Source of the DNA: a virus
Length of the DNA: 64,000 bases
Strand: one strand, 5' to 3'
IMG/VR virus record: IMGVR_UViG_3300025133_000052
Coordinates: 29,285-93,284 of that record
The position numbers and the translations under genes are program-made. Each line of letters begins with the position of its first letter. Within the stretch, counting starts at the first letter, position 1. The notes beneath the pieces are model-generated. The model was not told the DNA's origin. It was given only the letters and a program-made list of their open reading frames with translations, and made no database searches. Below, in pieces: positions 40,388 through 49,786 of this stretch.

Positions 40388-41111
40388 TCAGATAGTCATG
40401 CTTCAATATTACTTTATTATATTTCTTTAAACAATAATCAAACACTGTAGTGGGTGTATAGTAAAATAACCCATCTATTCTTTCTGTTGTATTATCACTT
40501 AACATATTAAAGGCTGTTCCAATATTACTTAACTCGTACATCTTATCGATACTCTTGTATAAGTAATCATACATAGGGTCTACGAGCTTTAAATTAAATA
40601 GACCGGAAGATATAACAAAATCAAACCTACCATCCATATCCGCTAAGTCCTTTTTAATACATTTAATATTTGGATATTTTTGATATGCAGTATTGACCAT
40701 ATTTGGGTTTATATCGATACCTAAGTATTCAATAGGAGTGCCCAGTCTACCTTCGAGGTACCCGTAAAAGTCTCCTACACCACTACCTACATCTAAGACA
40801 GACTCTAATGTTGGGTCTATACCGATCTGTGCTAACATCTCGAATAACAGCGTTTGCTCCTCCTTGGAGCTATATCCTACAACTCGTGTATCAGTTAACA
40901 TATATTCTGGAGAAGTAGTCGTAGCTACCTGATCGCGGAGATCATCATACGCTTCATTAACCCTATCATTAAGACTAACTCCATCAACCTTTACATCTAA
41001 ATCAGTTTCTATAGAATTAATTACATCCATCTCTTCGTTAGTTAACTCGCTATTCGGATCATCCATTACTATTGAATCCCTGATTCTCTTTAATATATTT
41101 TTCATATTCAC
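40356..41111 (-). CDS. Class I SAM-dependent methyltransferase
   Basis: VLDVGSGVG motif I, GIDIN, FDFVISSG. Confidence 0.85.
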   Translation of the reverse strand: MNMKNILKRIRDSIVMDDPNSELTNEEMDVINSIETDLDVKVDGVSLNDRVNEAYDDLRDQVATTTSPEYMLTDTRVVGYSSKEEQTLLFEMLAQIGIDPTLESVLDVGSGVGDFYGYLEGRLGTPIEYLGIDINPNMVNTAYQKYPNIKCIKKDLADMDGRFDFVISSGLFNLKLVDPMYDYLYKSIDKMYELSNIGTAFNMLSDNTTERIDGLFYYTPTTVFDYCLKKYNKVILKHDYLSDDFTIFIYK

Positions 41112-41376
41112 CTATTTTTAAATCTTGTTCTACGTAAATTAAGTTACCGTCTAAATCCTCTATATCTACTGTTGTAAGATCATAGCCTAGTATCAGCGCA
41201 CAATAATATAGAAATAACTCCACTTGAGACTTACTATTAGCCTTAAAACTGAGTTCATGACCACTCCAGCATAGGCCGTTCATATACTGTTCTGTATAGG
41301 CAGTTATTGGTACCCTACCTTTAAATGGAGCTAGTTGGGGATTGTTAAACTCAATCCACCTTAATTTATAATCCAT
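41059..41376 (-). CDS. Hypothetical protein
   Basis: ORF track. Confidence 0.55.
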   Translation of the reverse strand: MDYKLRWIEFNNPQLAPFKGRVPITAYTEQYMNGLCWSGHELSFKANSKSQVELFLYYCALILGYDLTTVDIEDLDGNLIYVEQDLKIGEYEKYIKENQGFNSNG

Positions 41377-41686
41377 ACAATTCTCTATCCATCTGTTTCT
41401 TAGATTTCCTCCCCAGGATTCGTTCTAATTTTTCTTCATCAGCATTTAATTCTAATTTCAAAGGATGTGTCCTGTTAAAATTCTGAATCAACCTTACCGT
41501 CTTGAGTGCGTACTCCCAAGCCTGTGGGATGCTACCCGCAGGTGGTAGGAAAAACTCTTCAAAAATATTCTCATCTTTATTATAGATATAATAACCATCC
41601 TTCATATTTACACACTTAGCGTGAGGGAACCTTTTCTTTACTTTTAATTTAATCTTTTCAATCTGTTTATTTATCTTACTATCCAT
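41366..41686 (-). CDS. Hypothetical protein
   Basis: ORF track. Confidence 0.6.
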   Translation of the reverse strand: MDSKINKQIEKIKLKVKKRFPHAKCVNMKDGYYIYNKDENIFEEFFLPPAGSIPQAWEYALKTVRLIQNFNRTHPLKLELNADEEKLERILGRKSKKQMDRELYGL

Positions 41687-41694
41687 TTTATTTG

Positions 41695-42033
41695 TTAATT
41701 AATATTAAAAAAACTTCTTTCTATTTTATCTTTATACTTTGTTGCAACATCTATATTATACTTCATGTATCTATCACATATATGTCCTATTAAATCCGTC
41801 GGATACATATATGGATTTTCTCCCTGATAAATAAACATATAACTAAACTCCTTATCATCTATAAATGTATCGAATTCTTTCTTAAAACTATCTTGTAGGT
41901 CATTTGACCAGTCATTTGCAGAAGATGTATCGATAATTCTCTTCGTACTGTGTAACCATTGATTTATCGATAATTTAAAATGTACACTCCAATCAATATT
42001 ATTTATATCTAAATGTAATGTTCTTTGCTTCAT
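41695..42033 (-). CDS. Hypothetical protein
   Basis: ORF track. Confidence 0.55.
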   Translation of the reverse strand: MKQRTLHLDINNIDWSVHFKLSINQWLHSTKRIIDTSSANDWSNDLQDSFKKEFDTFIDDKEFSYMFIYQGENPYMYPTDLIGHICDRYMKYNIDVATKYKDKIERSFFNIN

Positions 42034-42066
42034 TATTAATATAGTAAAAATAACTCAATGTACCAA

Positions 42067-42477
42067 CTATTTTTGTAGATTTTCCTTCACTAGACCTGAC
42101 ACTATCTTCATATCAGCCTGACCGTTAAATTTAAAATTAAAATCAGACATCACCTTTCCCATGTCCTTAATTGTGGAATAATTATTAGTTGTTATAATAA
42201 CCTGAATAGCATCACGTATTTCGGTTTCGGTCATTTGCTCAGGTAGATATTCACGTAAAATAGCTATTTCCTGCTTAGACCTTTCGTCACTTACTGTCTC
42301 TAGATTCTTAATAAACTTATGTAACATCTTGACGACTTGTCCGTCTGTCAGTACATTTATATTATCCTCTACTCGTGCAAATTCTCCCTTAAGGACTCTG
42401 AATAAATTTAGTCGGGTTTTATCACCTGACTTCATTGCAGTTTTAATTTCTCCAGTGATCTTATTTCTTAAATCCAT
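42067..42477 (-). CDS. yqeY: YqeY/GatB-domain protein
   Basis: IKTAMKSGD..RL, EIAILREYLPEQM, DMGKVM, ADMK motifs. Confidence 0.88.
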   Translation of the reverse strand: MDLRNKITGEIKTAMKSGDKTRLNLFRVLKGEFARVEDNINVLTDGQVVKMLHKFIKNLETVSDERSKQEIAILREYLPEQMTETEIRDAIQVIITTNNYSTIKDMGKVMSDFNFKFNGQADMKIVSGLVKENLQK

Positions 42478-42479
42478 TC

Positions 42480-42683
42480 CTATAAATCTTCCTTACTATA
42501 TATAAAATATAGATTAAGTAGATTAATACCTAATACAATACCCCAAGTTATTATTTCAGTAATATTGTAAAATAATGTATAGTATACTAATGCAGCTGCG
42601 CACATTAAAATAATAGGCAGTATTAAATACCTGTTGTATATATCATTAAATTTATCCAGATATTGTTTAATCGCTTTTTTCAT
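42480..42683 (-). CDS. Small two-TM membrane protein
   Basis: Two hydrophobic segments. Confidence 0.55.
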   Translation of the reverse strand: MKKAIKQYLDKFNDIYNRYLILPIILMCAAALVYYTLFYNITEIITWGIVLGINLLNLYFIYSKEDL

Positions 42684-42703
42684 TAATTTTTATTTTAAGT
42701 TAG

Positions 42704-43032
42704 TGGAGGTGCCGGGTATCGATCCCGGGTCCGTGACAATTTCCTTAAGAAACATTTTTACAAGCATAGGATAAGTTTTTCTAAACTTCCAAAAATTGAT
42801 ATGTTTTTTAAACTGTAAGGTTGTTTATAGAATCAATATCATTACCTCTTCACCATCTACTTCGTTTAACATCTAATTAACCTGCAAGTATACTCAGTTA
42901 AATGATGTGCAAGTGCTAAACCTCTTAGGCCGCCATTGCAAGGGTAGTTTCGCCAGTTAGCGATACTTGATGTAGGTCATCACCCAGCCTGTGCTTCAGA
43001 CATCCGTTACACGTCAAGTCCAAGTCACCCCC
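42704..43032 (-). ncRNA. ssrA: tmRNA, tag (A)GETTLAMAA*
   Basis: 5' GGGGGTG pairs with 3' CACCTCC-A including the G3-U alanine determinant; T-arm CCGGG-ATCGATA-CCCGG; TAACT followed by GGC GAA ACT ACC CTT GCA ATG GCG GCC TAA. Confidence 0.93.
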
Positions 43033-43037
43033 GTTTA

Positions 43038-43072
43038 TATAAATATACGAAATTATATTCAGGTATCCAACT
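43038..43072 (-). promoter_or_regulatory. tmRNA promoter (host-type TTG-N20-TAnnTTT overlapping TATTTATA)
   Basis: AGTTGG...TTCGTATATTTATA immediately 5' of the tmRNA. Confidence 0.7.
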
Positions 43073-43836
43073 TATTCGGTTAGAATTTCACAACCATTAT
43101 CAGTTATCACAACTGTATGCTCCCATGCTGTACCTGGACTATTATCATCTGTCACTATACTCCACTTATCCGGTAGTATTAGTAGATTATCGTTTGTTAC
43201 CAAACCTGGTTCAATCGCAAGTACATTACCTGGCTTGAGTTGGTAGTCATTATATGGGTTTCCAGGTACCTTCCAGTACGGTATTACAGGTGGTTCGTGA
43301 AGATTTTTACCTACCCCATGGCCTTGGAATTGTTTCATTACCTTAAATCCGTGTTTGTTAGCATATGACTGTTGTATATCTCCTAATTCACCTATCGTTA
43401 CACTCGGACCGGTATTATTTAATGTATGTATGAGACAGTCATATGAGACCTTGTTAAGTAATTTTTTACTTTCTCCTACATCTCCTACTTCGACATTGAC
43501 GGCTGAGTCAGCATGCATGCCCTTATATTTTACCGGGCAATCTATACCCACTAACATACCCTCCTTGATAATAGTATCGTCAGGTATACCGTGCACTATA
43601 ACATGATCGATTGATATACAGGAATGTTTAGGGTATCCTCTATAACCGAGTGAAGCTGATTTTGATTTATGTTGTTTAAGAAAATTTGCTGCAAGGCTGT
43701 CTAGTTCATTAGTTGTTATTCCACTAGTACAATTCTCTACCATTAACTGTAATACATCCTTTACGATTTTTCCAGCTGATCTGATCCGTTTAAGTTGATT
43801 TGGATTATATATTTTAGGTTGCTTAAATATTACCAT
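43072..43836 (-). CDS. map: Methionine aminopeptidase type I
   Basis: HGIP, D...DSA, GHGVG..LHE.P, AIEP and EHTV metal-ligand motifs. Confidence 0.93.
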   Translation of the reverse strand: MVIFKQPKIYNPNQLKRIRSAGKIVKDVLQLMVENCTSGITTNELDSLAANFLKQHKSKSASLGYRGYPKHSCISIDHVIVHGIPDDTIIKEGMLVGIDCPVKYKGMHADSAVNVEVGDVGESKKLLNKVSYDCLIHTLNNTGPSVTIGELGDIQQSYANKHGFKVMKQFQGHGVGKNLHEPPVIPYWKVPGNPYNDYQLKPGNVLAIEPGLVTNDNLLILPDKWSIVTDDNSPGTAWEHTVVITDNGCEILTE

Positions 43837-43866
43837 TTTTCCTCTTATTATAAATATTTATTAAAG

Positions 43867-44583
43867 ATGAAGAAACTCAGTCCTACATGGTTGACAGACG
43901 AGCCAATAGACTATGAATATAATAAATATATTTTATTAGATTATATTCAATATATTGAAGAGCAGATAAATAAAAAAAGGATTTATCCCTTTCTGATTGA
44001 TTTACAAAACCACTATGATCAGTTATTACAGTTGAAGCATCGAAAGATGATAATGGATAATGCATTTAAAAAAGATTTAATAGGATTTGATTTCACTGAA
44101 TATAATTTACTGTACAAGGAGATATTAAGTGATGATAAGTATTTAATACATTTACAGAAATCAATTAATTTCGCGCTATCAAAATTTACTAAATCGATTC
44201 ATCGTTTAACGGAATTAGTTGATAATATTCAAGCACAATTAGAGGTGGATACAATAGGACTTAGAGCTTCGTATACGAACGAAGGATTTTTATTTCTCGT
44301 TAAGAATAAAATATATGTCTACGAATATAGAATTAATATTATTACAGGAGCTCAGTATGATGCGTTTGATGCATCCAAGTACAAGGATCTTACATTAACG
44401 TTTGTAGATAAGTTTGACAAAAAAATAGGTTATGACGATATAAAATTGGATGTAACTAGACATTACGATACATTTATACACGCAGCTGCGTATGTTGTAA
44501 CATCACCTATGAGAATTCCTTTAAAGGAAACATACCTACCTCTAGCGAAAAAGGCCTTAATCAATAAGTTGGCGTACGATTAG
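43867..44583 (+). CDS. Hypothetical protein; the only convincing plus-strand CDS
   Basis: Likely start MKKLSPTW at 43867; no overlap with long minus-strand ORFs; divergent from map. Confidence 0.75.
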   Translation: MKKLSPTWLTDEPIDYEYNKYILLDYIQYIEEQINKKRIYPFLIDLQNHYDQLLQLKHRKMIMDNAFKKDLIGFDFTEYNLLYKEILSDDKYLIHLQKSINFALSKFTKSIHRLTELVDNIQAQLEVDTIGLRASYTNEGFLFLVKNKIYVYEYRINIITGAQYDAFDASKYKDLTLTFVDKFDKKIGYDDIKLDVTRHYDTFIHAAAYVVTSPMRIPLKETYLPLAKKALINKLAYD

Positions 44584-44753
44584 TGATCAGGATTTTTAAA
44601 AACCTCCCAACCGTAATTAAATCTACTGTAAGGTATTTCTTTTTCTTTGCTACCAGACTTAATAGTAATAACTCCTGCAGAGATAGAAACTATTATCCAT
44701 ATTTTTTTTGCACGTTTACTTATAACGTGAGCTCCGGGAGAGAGGGTTATCAT
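44580..44753 (-). CDS. Small SH3-like hypothetical protein (57 aa, MITLSPGAHV...)
   Basis: Translated by hand; fills a gap. Confidence 0.45.
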   Translation of the reverse strand: MITLSPGAHVISKRAKKIWIIVSISAGVITIKSGSKEKEIPYSRFNYGWEVFKNPDH

Positions 44754-44762
44754 AACGAGTCC

Positions 44763-45047
44763 TTATTGGTCGGTTCCAGCTGAGACCGGTGTATCTTTCC
44801 TAGGAGCCTTATCGATATCTTTAGCTACCTTCTCAATTATCTTCAAGGCAGCGTCGAGATACTTTATTGTTTTTATAGAAGTATCTGGATCTGGGAACGA
44901 TCTTTCGAAATAACTGTCACCTATCCACCCTGTCATATCTAGTAATTGCTCTATCCTATTATATATCTGAGATGTATTATCAGGTTTGAGTTCGATTTCA
45001 TTTACTATCTCAGCTCGTATTATAGATCTTAAAGTTTTCTTTTTCAT
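44763..45047 (-). CDS. Putative head-cargo protein (leader ...IIRAEIVNE)
   Basis: Leader motif. Confidence 0.6.
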   Translation of the reverse strand: MKKKTLRSIIRAEIVNEIELKPDNTSQIYNRIEQLLDMTGWIGDSYFERSFPDPDTSIKTIKYLDAALKIIEKVAKDIDKAPRKDTPVSAGTDQ

Positions 45048-45048
45048 G

Positions 45049-45300
45049 TTACCATCTCCTGTGACTTTGATAATGATTATATCCTTTATGATTGTAGTGA
45101 AATTTATTGTATTTACTATAGTAGTAGCTACGTATACTGTAATTAGTGAGTGGGGTTATATAAGTAGTTGTATGATATCCGTAACCAGTCGTGTACACCC
45201 TTGGCATAGTATGATAAGGTACTGTATTATTAAAATGGATACTACCACAGCTGCAACAACAAATCCAAATACATATAATAATTTCTTTAATATATCCCAT
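45049..45300 (-). CDS. Small putative lipoprotein with a Tyr/His-rich tail
   Basis: Hydrophobic N-terminus ending CSC; low-complexity tail. Confidence 0.45.
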   Translation of the reverse strand: MGYIKEIIICIWICCCSCGSIHFNNTVPYHTMPRVYTTGYGYHTTTYITPLTNYSIRSYYYSKYNKFHYNHKGYNHYQSHRRW

Positions 45301-45308
45301 ATTCCCAA

Positions 45309-45629
45309 CTACGTCTCTTCTTGATCTTTTAATCGATTATATATTTGTTTAGCTTTTCTGTAAACATCAGATCCCTTCTTCGCCTTTAATGCTGTTCTTA
45401 ACTTAATAGCATTACCGGTCTTAGGATTATCTATTCGCTGGTCGCCGTATTTTTTTCTAATATCTGTTTCTTCAACCTCTCCTACATCTTCATCATCATC
45501 CTCGAACCTGGGTATAACTCCTGACGCGTAAGTATTACGGTAGGGTGCACCCACCATAGCTCGTTGCGCTTCAGTTATTACACTATGAATTTCCTCTCTA
45601 ACTATTTGTATTAGTTTAGACTTTTTCAT
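45309..45629 (-). CDS. Putative head-cargo protein (leader ...IVREEIHSVITE)
   Basis: Leader motif; basic C-terminal module. Confidence 0.65.
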   Translation of the reverse strand: MKKSKLIQIVREEIHSVITEAQRAMVGAPYRNTYASGVIPRFEDDDEDVGEVEETDIRKKYGDQRIDNPKTGNAIKLRTALKAKKGSDVYRKAKQIYNRLKDQEET

Positions 45630-45943
45630 TTGTTATTTAACATATCACTAATAACGTTTCTGATAACAGATCTTAATTCAGTTATTTTAGGTTCTTCTTT
45701 AACCTCGTGTTTATGATGTGACTCCTCTATTACCTTTAACTTACTTGTCGGTATATTTTCGTATACCTTACCGTTACCGAAATCAACATCAACATAGTTA
45801 ACATCTCCGGCTTCATTAAGTGTGTGACTAATCACCGTACCTTTAATACCGTGCTCCTCTATCTCTACGTGTTTAGGACAATCATGGATAACATCTCCAG
45901 TACCGTAAGTAGGTATAAATGGATCTTTTTCTTCTTTCTTCAT
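45626..45943 (-). CDS. Hypothetical SH3-like protein with a C-terminal IR-helix
   Basis: ORF; KITE-LRSVIRNVI tail. Confidence 0.6.
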   Translation of the reverse strand: MKKEEKDPFIPTYGTGDVIHDCPKHVEIEEHGIKGTVISHTLNEAGDVNYVDVDFGNGKVYENIPTSKLKVIEESHHKHEVKEEPKITELRSVIRNVISDMLNNK

Positions 45944-45956
45944 AATAACGTTTAAC

Positions 45957-46250
45957 TTATTTTTTAACAGGAAACTTTACTAACTTTTTATCGTAGTCAG
46001 ATGATCCCAATTTCTTTAATTGATAATTATAAAAATAATATATAGCCTTTTTATGTCTTACATCAACCTTGGGGCTACGCATTAATTGTTTATAAGTTTT
46101 TTTTAGTTTACCCCTATCTTTAATATCCTTAAATATAGGATCATATATTTTAGTAGTAAATAGAGCCCATGTCTTAACTTCAGGATCATTATCTAAATAT
46201 TCCTGTACTATCTCCCGTATACACTCTTTAAGTATTTGATCTTTATTCAT
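45957..46250 (-). CDS. Putative head-cargo protein (leader ...CIREIVQE)
   Basis: Leader motif. Confidence 0.6.
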   Translation of the reverse strand: MNKDQILKECIREIVQEYLDNDPEVKTWALFTTKIYDPIFKDIKDRGKLKKTYKQLMRSPKVDVRHKKAIYYFYNYQLKKLGSSDYDKKLVKFPVKK

Positions 46251-46379
46251 TTACCTACCTTGACCTCTATATCGTTTTTTATAGTTCTTTGAATGTTTAT
46301 TACGTGATGTTTTTGTTTTTGCGTGAATACCTTTTCTTTTTTTTCTAAGCTTGACCTCCTTAGTTAATATACGCTTCAT
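46251..46379 (-). CDS. 42-aa highly basic peptide ending YRGQGR
   Basis: MKRILTKEVKLRKKRKGIHAKTKTSRNKHSKNYKKRYRGQGR; translated by hand; TATTTATA at 46426-46433. Confidence 0.7.
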   Translation of the reverse strand: MKRILTKEVKLRKKRKGIHAKTKTSRNKHSKNYKKRYRGQGR

Positions 46380-46490
46380 TTAACACCTCTTCATATTTTA
46401 ATTCCATGAACAATAAATTTACAATTATAAATAGTGTAAAATAAAAGAAAAGTTAGTTTGAGCTCATTAAGATAGTTGAGTAACTATATA

Positions 46491-48263
46491 CTATTTCTTA
46501 GGTAATGTTTTCTCTACAGCGTCTTCGTGATCCTCTAGTTCACCCTCTCCACCGACAGCGTCCATGTCAATTAATTCATCGTCATCTGTACCCATGGTTG
46601 AGGGCTTAACTGCGTACGCTGGTGATACTGAACCGGCTCCTTGATATAAGCCATGATTTTTTGCAAATTCAATGTCTACGCCCTGGTTATTGATATCAAT
46701 GTCACTGTACAGGTCTTTAAATTTTGTAGGTAATGAACCCTCTTCAACGTCGTTGAGTGTCGGTCTCGAGGCCTTAGCTTCTATAGTTTTAATCTTAATG
46801 GTGTTTGATACTCTCCCTGCGGCAATCTCCTTAGCTATAGCTCTGTACACACCATCCTCTCCTGTACCTTCCTTTAACTTAACATCAATCTCACTCCCGT
46901 CAGTTAATGTTACCTTAAAGCGTTCATTACTTACATCCCAAGTAGCTTCGTTAACTGATTCTTTAAGCTTTTTTAATTGACCACGTAAAAGATTCATATC
47001 CATTCTTTTATATTTGCGGTAAAATGGTGAACTATCTGTTTGAGGTTTACCATCAACAGTAAGTAAAAATCCAGGTTTCCCTCCTCCAATTTCTATAGTA
47101 TTATTTCCCTTTTTAAAAAGTGTATCTGATACTTTAGTAAATCCAAAATGTTTTAGTTTATTTGCAGTTGGGTTACCTTCATTAACTGATTCTAACATTT
47201 GGTCATTATCGAATTTTACAGTTGGTGATGGAGAGAACATATGAGTGTCTACTTTAGATTGTATTCCGTATACCTTCTTTAATAACGCTACTACCTTTTT
47301 TCCAGCACTTGCACTCTTCAAATGTAGGTATGTTACTTTATCATTAGGCTGTTTGATAATACCTTTAACGTACTGCTTTAATTCATCTTTTAATGATTCA
47401 GCTGAATCTCCCGCGATCTGTCCTCCGAGTGATGATTCATTCATTTCCATCCCCATACTAATCCACACTCTAATAATATCAGCGTAGTCTTTTGAAGTAA
47501 GACCGTTTCTCTCTCCCCAAGTAGTTTCGCTATTAAGATCATGCATTTGTTTTGCTACCTTATTAATATTACCTTCTTTAAAGCGAATAGTTGCTCTTTG
47601 TTTACCGGCATCCAGTAACCTAAATGTCTCTCCTTTAATGTCATGTGGATCTGTAGACCAACCAGCTGAATTGTTAACTCTAATATCAAAATGGGCTTGT
47701 CCGCTGCTCATGTAAACCGTCCAATCCTTTCCCTTTTGATATGTTTTACCTTTTTTGTATTTAATAGCTTCAGTAATTGATTCTAATTTATATTTCTTTT
47801 TGTTCATTGCAATGTCTATCGCGTTCAACTCCTCTCCATTATCAAGTAACACCTTATCACCTTTAATAGCTACCACCTTAGCTGTCTCCTTACCCTCTTT
47901 ACCGAAAGCGAATTGCTTTATGTAAGTGATCTTCGTACCTCTTTTAATTTTACCCTCACTGATCGATTCACTTATTGTGTGTCTCATCCCCCCGCCAGTC
48001 TTAACACCAGGGGCAGTACGTTTAAGTTTAGTACTAAGAGATTTATTAACGTGTTTAAGTAATGCATCCACTCCAGTATCGTTCATGTAGCTGGACATAT
48101 GAAGCTCATACCCTTTACCTTTCTTTTTGACCTTTTTAAGCGCCTTGGAATTAATACCTAGCCCGTCCTGTAATGACAGTTCAATCTGATATTTAACGTC
48201 TGTAGCATTTACCGCTTCAAGCACTACAGCTCTAATTGCCTTTTTTATTTCTGATATCTTCAT
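46491..48263 (-). CDS. Putative cargo polyprotein B (modules joined by ES(V/I)(N/T/S)E linkers)
   Basis: VVLEA, ESISEG, ESITEA, EMNES, ESVNEG, ESVNEA. Confidence 0.7.
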   Translation of the reverse strand: MKISEIKKAIRAVVLEAVNATDVKYQIELSLQDGLGINSKALKKVKKKGKGYELHMSSYMNDTGVDALLKHVNKSLSTKLKRTAPGVKTGGGMRHTISESISEGKIKRGTKITYIKQFAFGKEGKETAKVVAIKGDKVLLDNGEELNAIDIAMNKKKYKLESITEAIKYKKGKTYQKGKDWTVYMSSGQAHFDIRVNNSAGWSTDPHDIKGETFRLLDAGKQRATIRFKEGNINKVAKQMHDLNSETTWGERNGLTSKDYADIIRVWISMGMEMNESSLGGQIAGDSAESLKDELKQYVKGIIKQPNDKVTYLHLKSASAGKKVVALLKKVYGIQSKVDTHMFSPSPTVKFDNDQMLESVNEGNPTANKLKHFGFTKVSDTLFKKGNNTIEIGGGKPGFLLTVDGKPQTDSSPFYRKYKRMDMNLLRGQLKKLKESVNEATWDVSNERFKVTLTDGSEIDVKLKEGTGEDGVYRAIAKEIAAGRVSNTIKIKTIEAKASRPTLNDVEEGSLPTKFKDLYSDIDINNQGVDIEFAKNHGLYQGAGSVSPAYAVKPSTMGTDDDELIDMDAVGGEGELEDHEDAVEKTLPKK

Positions 48264-48280
48264 ATTCGTTTCTTAATTAT

Positions 48281-48607
48281 TTATTTTACTACCATATTTC
48301 GAAATAGCTTAGCTAACTCTAACTGGCTTTTAGGCTGTACCATGACCTGGGTAAAGTCTATCTTCCTGTACTTATCTACTATACCTTTAACTGTTCTTTT
48401 CGGTAACTTATATTTGTTAGCAAACCCTGTTAAGAATAGCTTTAAAATATCTAACCCTATATCGTGTCTATCACTCTTACTCAGCTCCTTACTCCACCTT
48501 ACTACCGGTATTCCTTTATGTTTACTTGTGTTTAAGTCTTGAACCTTTTCAATAGCCCTTCTTAAATTAAATAAAATCCAACCTAATTCTTGATTCTTTG
48601 CTGGCAT
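48281..48607 (-). CDS. Hypothetical basic protein
   Basis: ORF track. Confidence 0.6.
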   Translation of the reverse strand: MPAKNQELGWILFNLRRAIEKVQDLNTSKHKGIPVVRWSKELSKSDRHDIGLDILKLFLTGFANKYKLPKRTVKGIVDKYRKIDFTQVMVQPKSQLELAKLFRNMVVK

Positions 48608-48611
48608 ATTA

Positions 48612-48914
48612 TTACTTTTTCTTTATCGTAGTCCAAGCCTTTTGAAACATTGCTCCCATACCATCGTCTAACTTATCCATTGTTTTTAAAATGGCTCGCA
48701 TTGACTTTACTTGTCCTGGACTTGGTGTTATGCTGTGTAATATTTTACCTTGGGGCTTATCTTTATATGATGCTAGTTTACTTTCTAATTTATCTATATT
48801 ACGAATAGCTCCAGTTAATGACTTCTTAGCTAACACTAATGCTTTAGCAGTATCGATAAGATCTTTACCCGTCCATTGATCTCCTGCTTCGTTAATTAAT
48901 TTTCTTAATTTCAT
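48612..48914 (-). CDS. Putative head-cargo protein (leader MKLRKLINE)
   Basis: Leader motif. Confidence 0.65.
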   Translation of the reverse strand: MKLRKLINEAGDQWTGKDLIDTAKALVLAKKSLTGAIRNIDKLESKLASYKDKPQGKILHSITPSPGQVKSMRAILKTMDKLDDGMGAMFQKAWTTIKKK

Positions 48915-49537
48915 TACTTTACTTTTGTATATATTTCACTACCACGTACTTTAATAATCTCTAATCTAGTGTTTCTCGGAAAGATAAACTCAGCTTCACC
49001 ATCCCTGTACATATAAGGTAATGGAGCTTGTGTTGCTTTATTAAGAGCTCCGGTTAATATGAGTATACCACCCTTACCCTTGTTTGCAAAACTATCTGCT
49101 GTCGATCGATCCTTGGTTACTGACATAAAGGCTTTTTCAATAATTTTTTTAGATTGCAACGAGGTTATATACTGAAATAGATCCTTTCCTATACCCCTAA
49201 ATAACTTTGAACCTTTAAATTTTGGAGCTATCTCTATATATTGATCGATTAGGGATGCATTCGATGGTAGCTTACCGGTCCGTAAAGATTTATTCATCCT
49301 ACCATATCCAGTTGCTGTATATTTACGTACAGCTTTATTTATTTCTCGTGCCTTTTTTATTCCAAACTTTTTAACTATCGGTAGTAGTCTGCTGAGTTCA
49401 CGCTTATAACCAGTCTCTTTTCTCAATTCATCACTCGGTTCTTTTGGATTAAAAATTATCTTCTCTGTTTGATAAACTAGTTCATCTTCACCTGTTAAAT
49501 CATCAAGACCTTCTGGGATCAAATCTCTTAGTTTCAC
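48914..49537 (-). CDS. ADP-ribosyltransferase (VIP2/T4 Alt-like R-S-E type) with leader MKLRDLIPE
   Basis: YT..GY..MN..LR helix, LFRG, FMSVT, EAEFIFPR. Confidence 0.85.
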   Translation of the reverse strand: MKLRDLIPEGLDDLTGEDELVYQTEKIIFNPKEPSDELRKETGYKRELSRLLPIVKKFGIKKAREINKAVRKYTATGYGRMNKSLRTGKLPSNASLIDQYIEIAPKFKGSKLFRGIGKDLFQYITSLQSKKIIEKAFMSVTKDRSTADSFANKGKGGILILTGALNKATQAPLPYMYRDGEAEFIFPRNTRLEIIKVRGSEIYTKVK

Positions 49538-49773
49538 TATTTTTTATTCATCTTAGCAAGCTTAGCAAGTATTTCTTTCATTTGCCTACCACCAGCATAT
49601 CCTAGATTAATTTGACCAGATCTACCACCTATTTCTAAATGAATGTGTCCGTTACCATCTTTAACTATAAAAAGATTACCTACGTTGTCTTTAGTAGCCT
49701 CTTCATTAATAGTCTCTTTCTTATTGTAAAGGTTACGAAACCTCCAATCATATATACTAAATTTCTTACTCAT
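49537..49773 (-). CDS. Putative head-cargo protein (leader MSKKFSIYDW...INE)
   Basis: Leader motif. Confidence 0.6.
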   Translation of the reverse strand: MSKKFSIYDWRFRNLYNKKETINEEATKDNVGNLFIVKDGNGHIHLEIGGRSGQINLGYAGGRQMKEILAKLAKMNKK

Positions 49774-49786
49774 TGTTTTCCTTTTT

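Noticed and set aside
42704-42735. Stand-alone tRNA
   Set aside because: The T-arm and acceptor half pair with a 5' end about 300 nt away and enclose a tag ORF, so this is the tmRNA. No other tRNA was seen.
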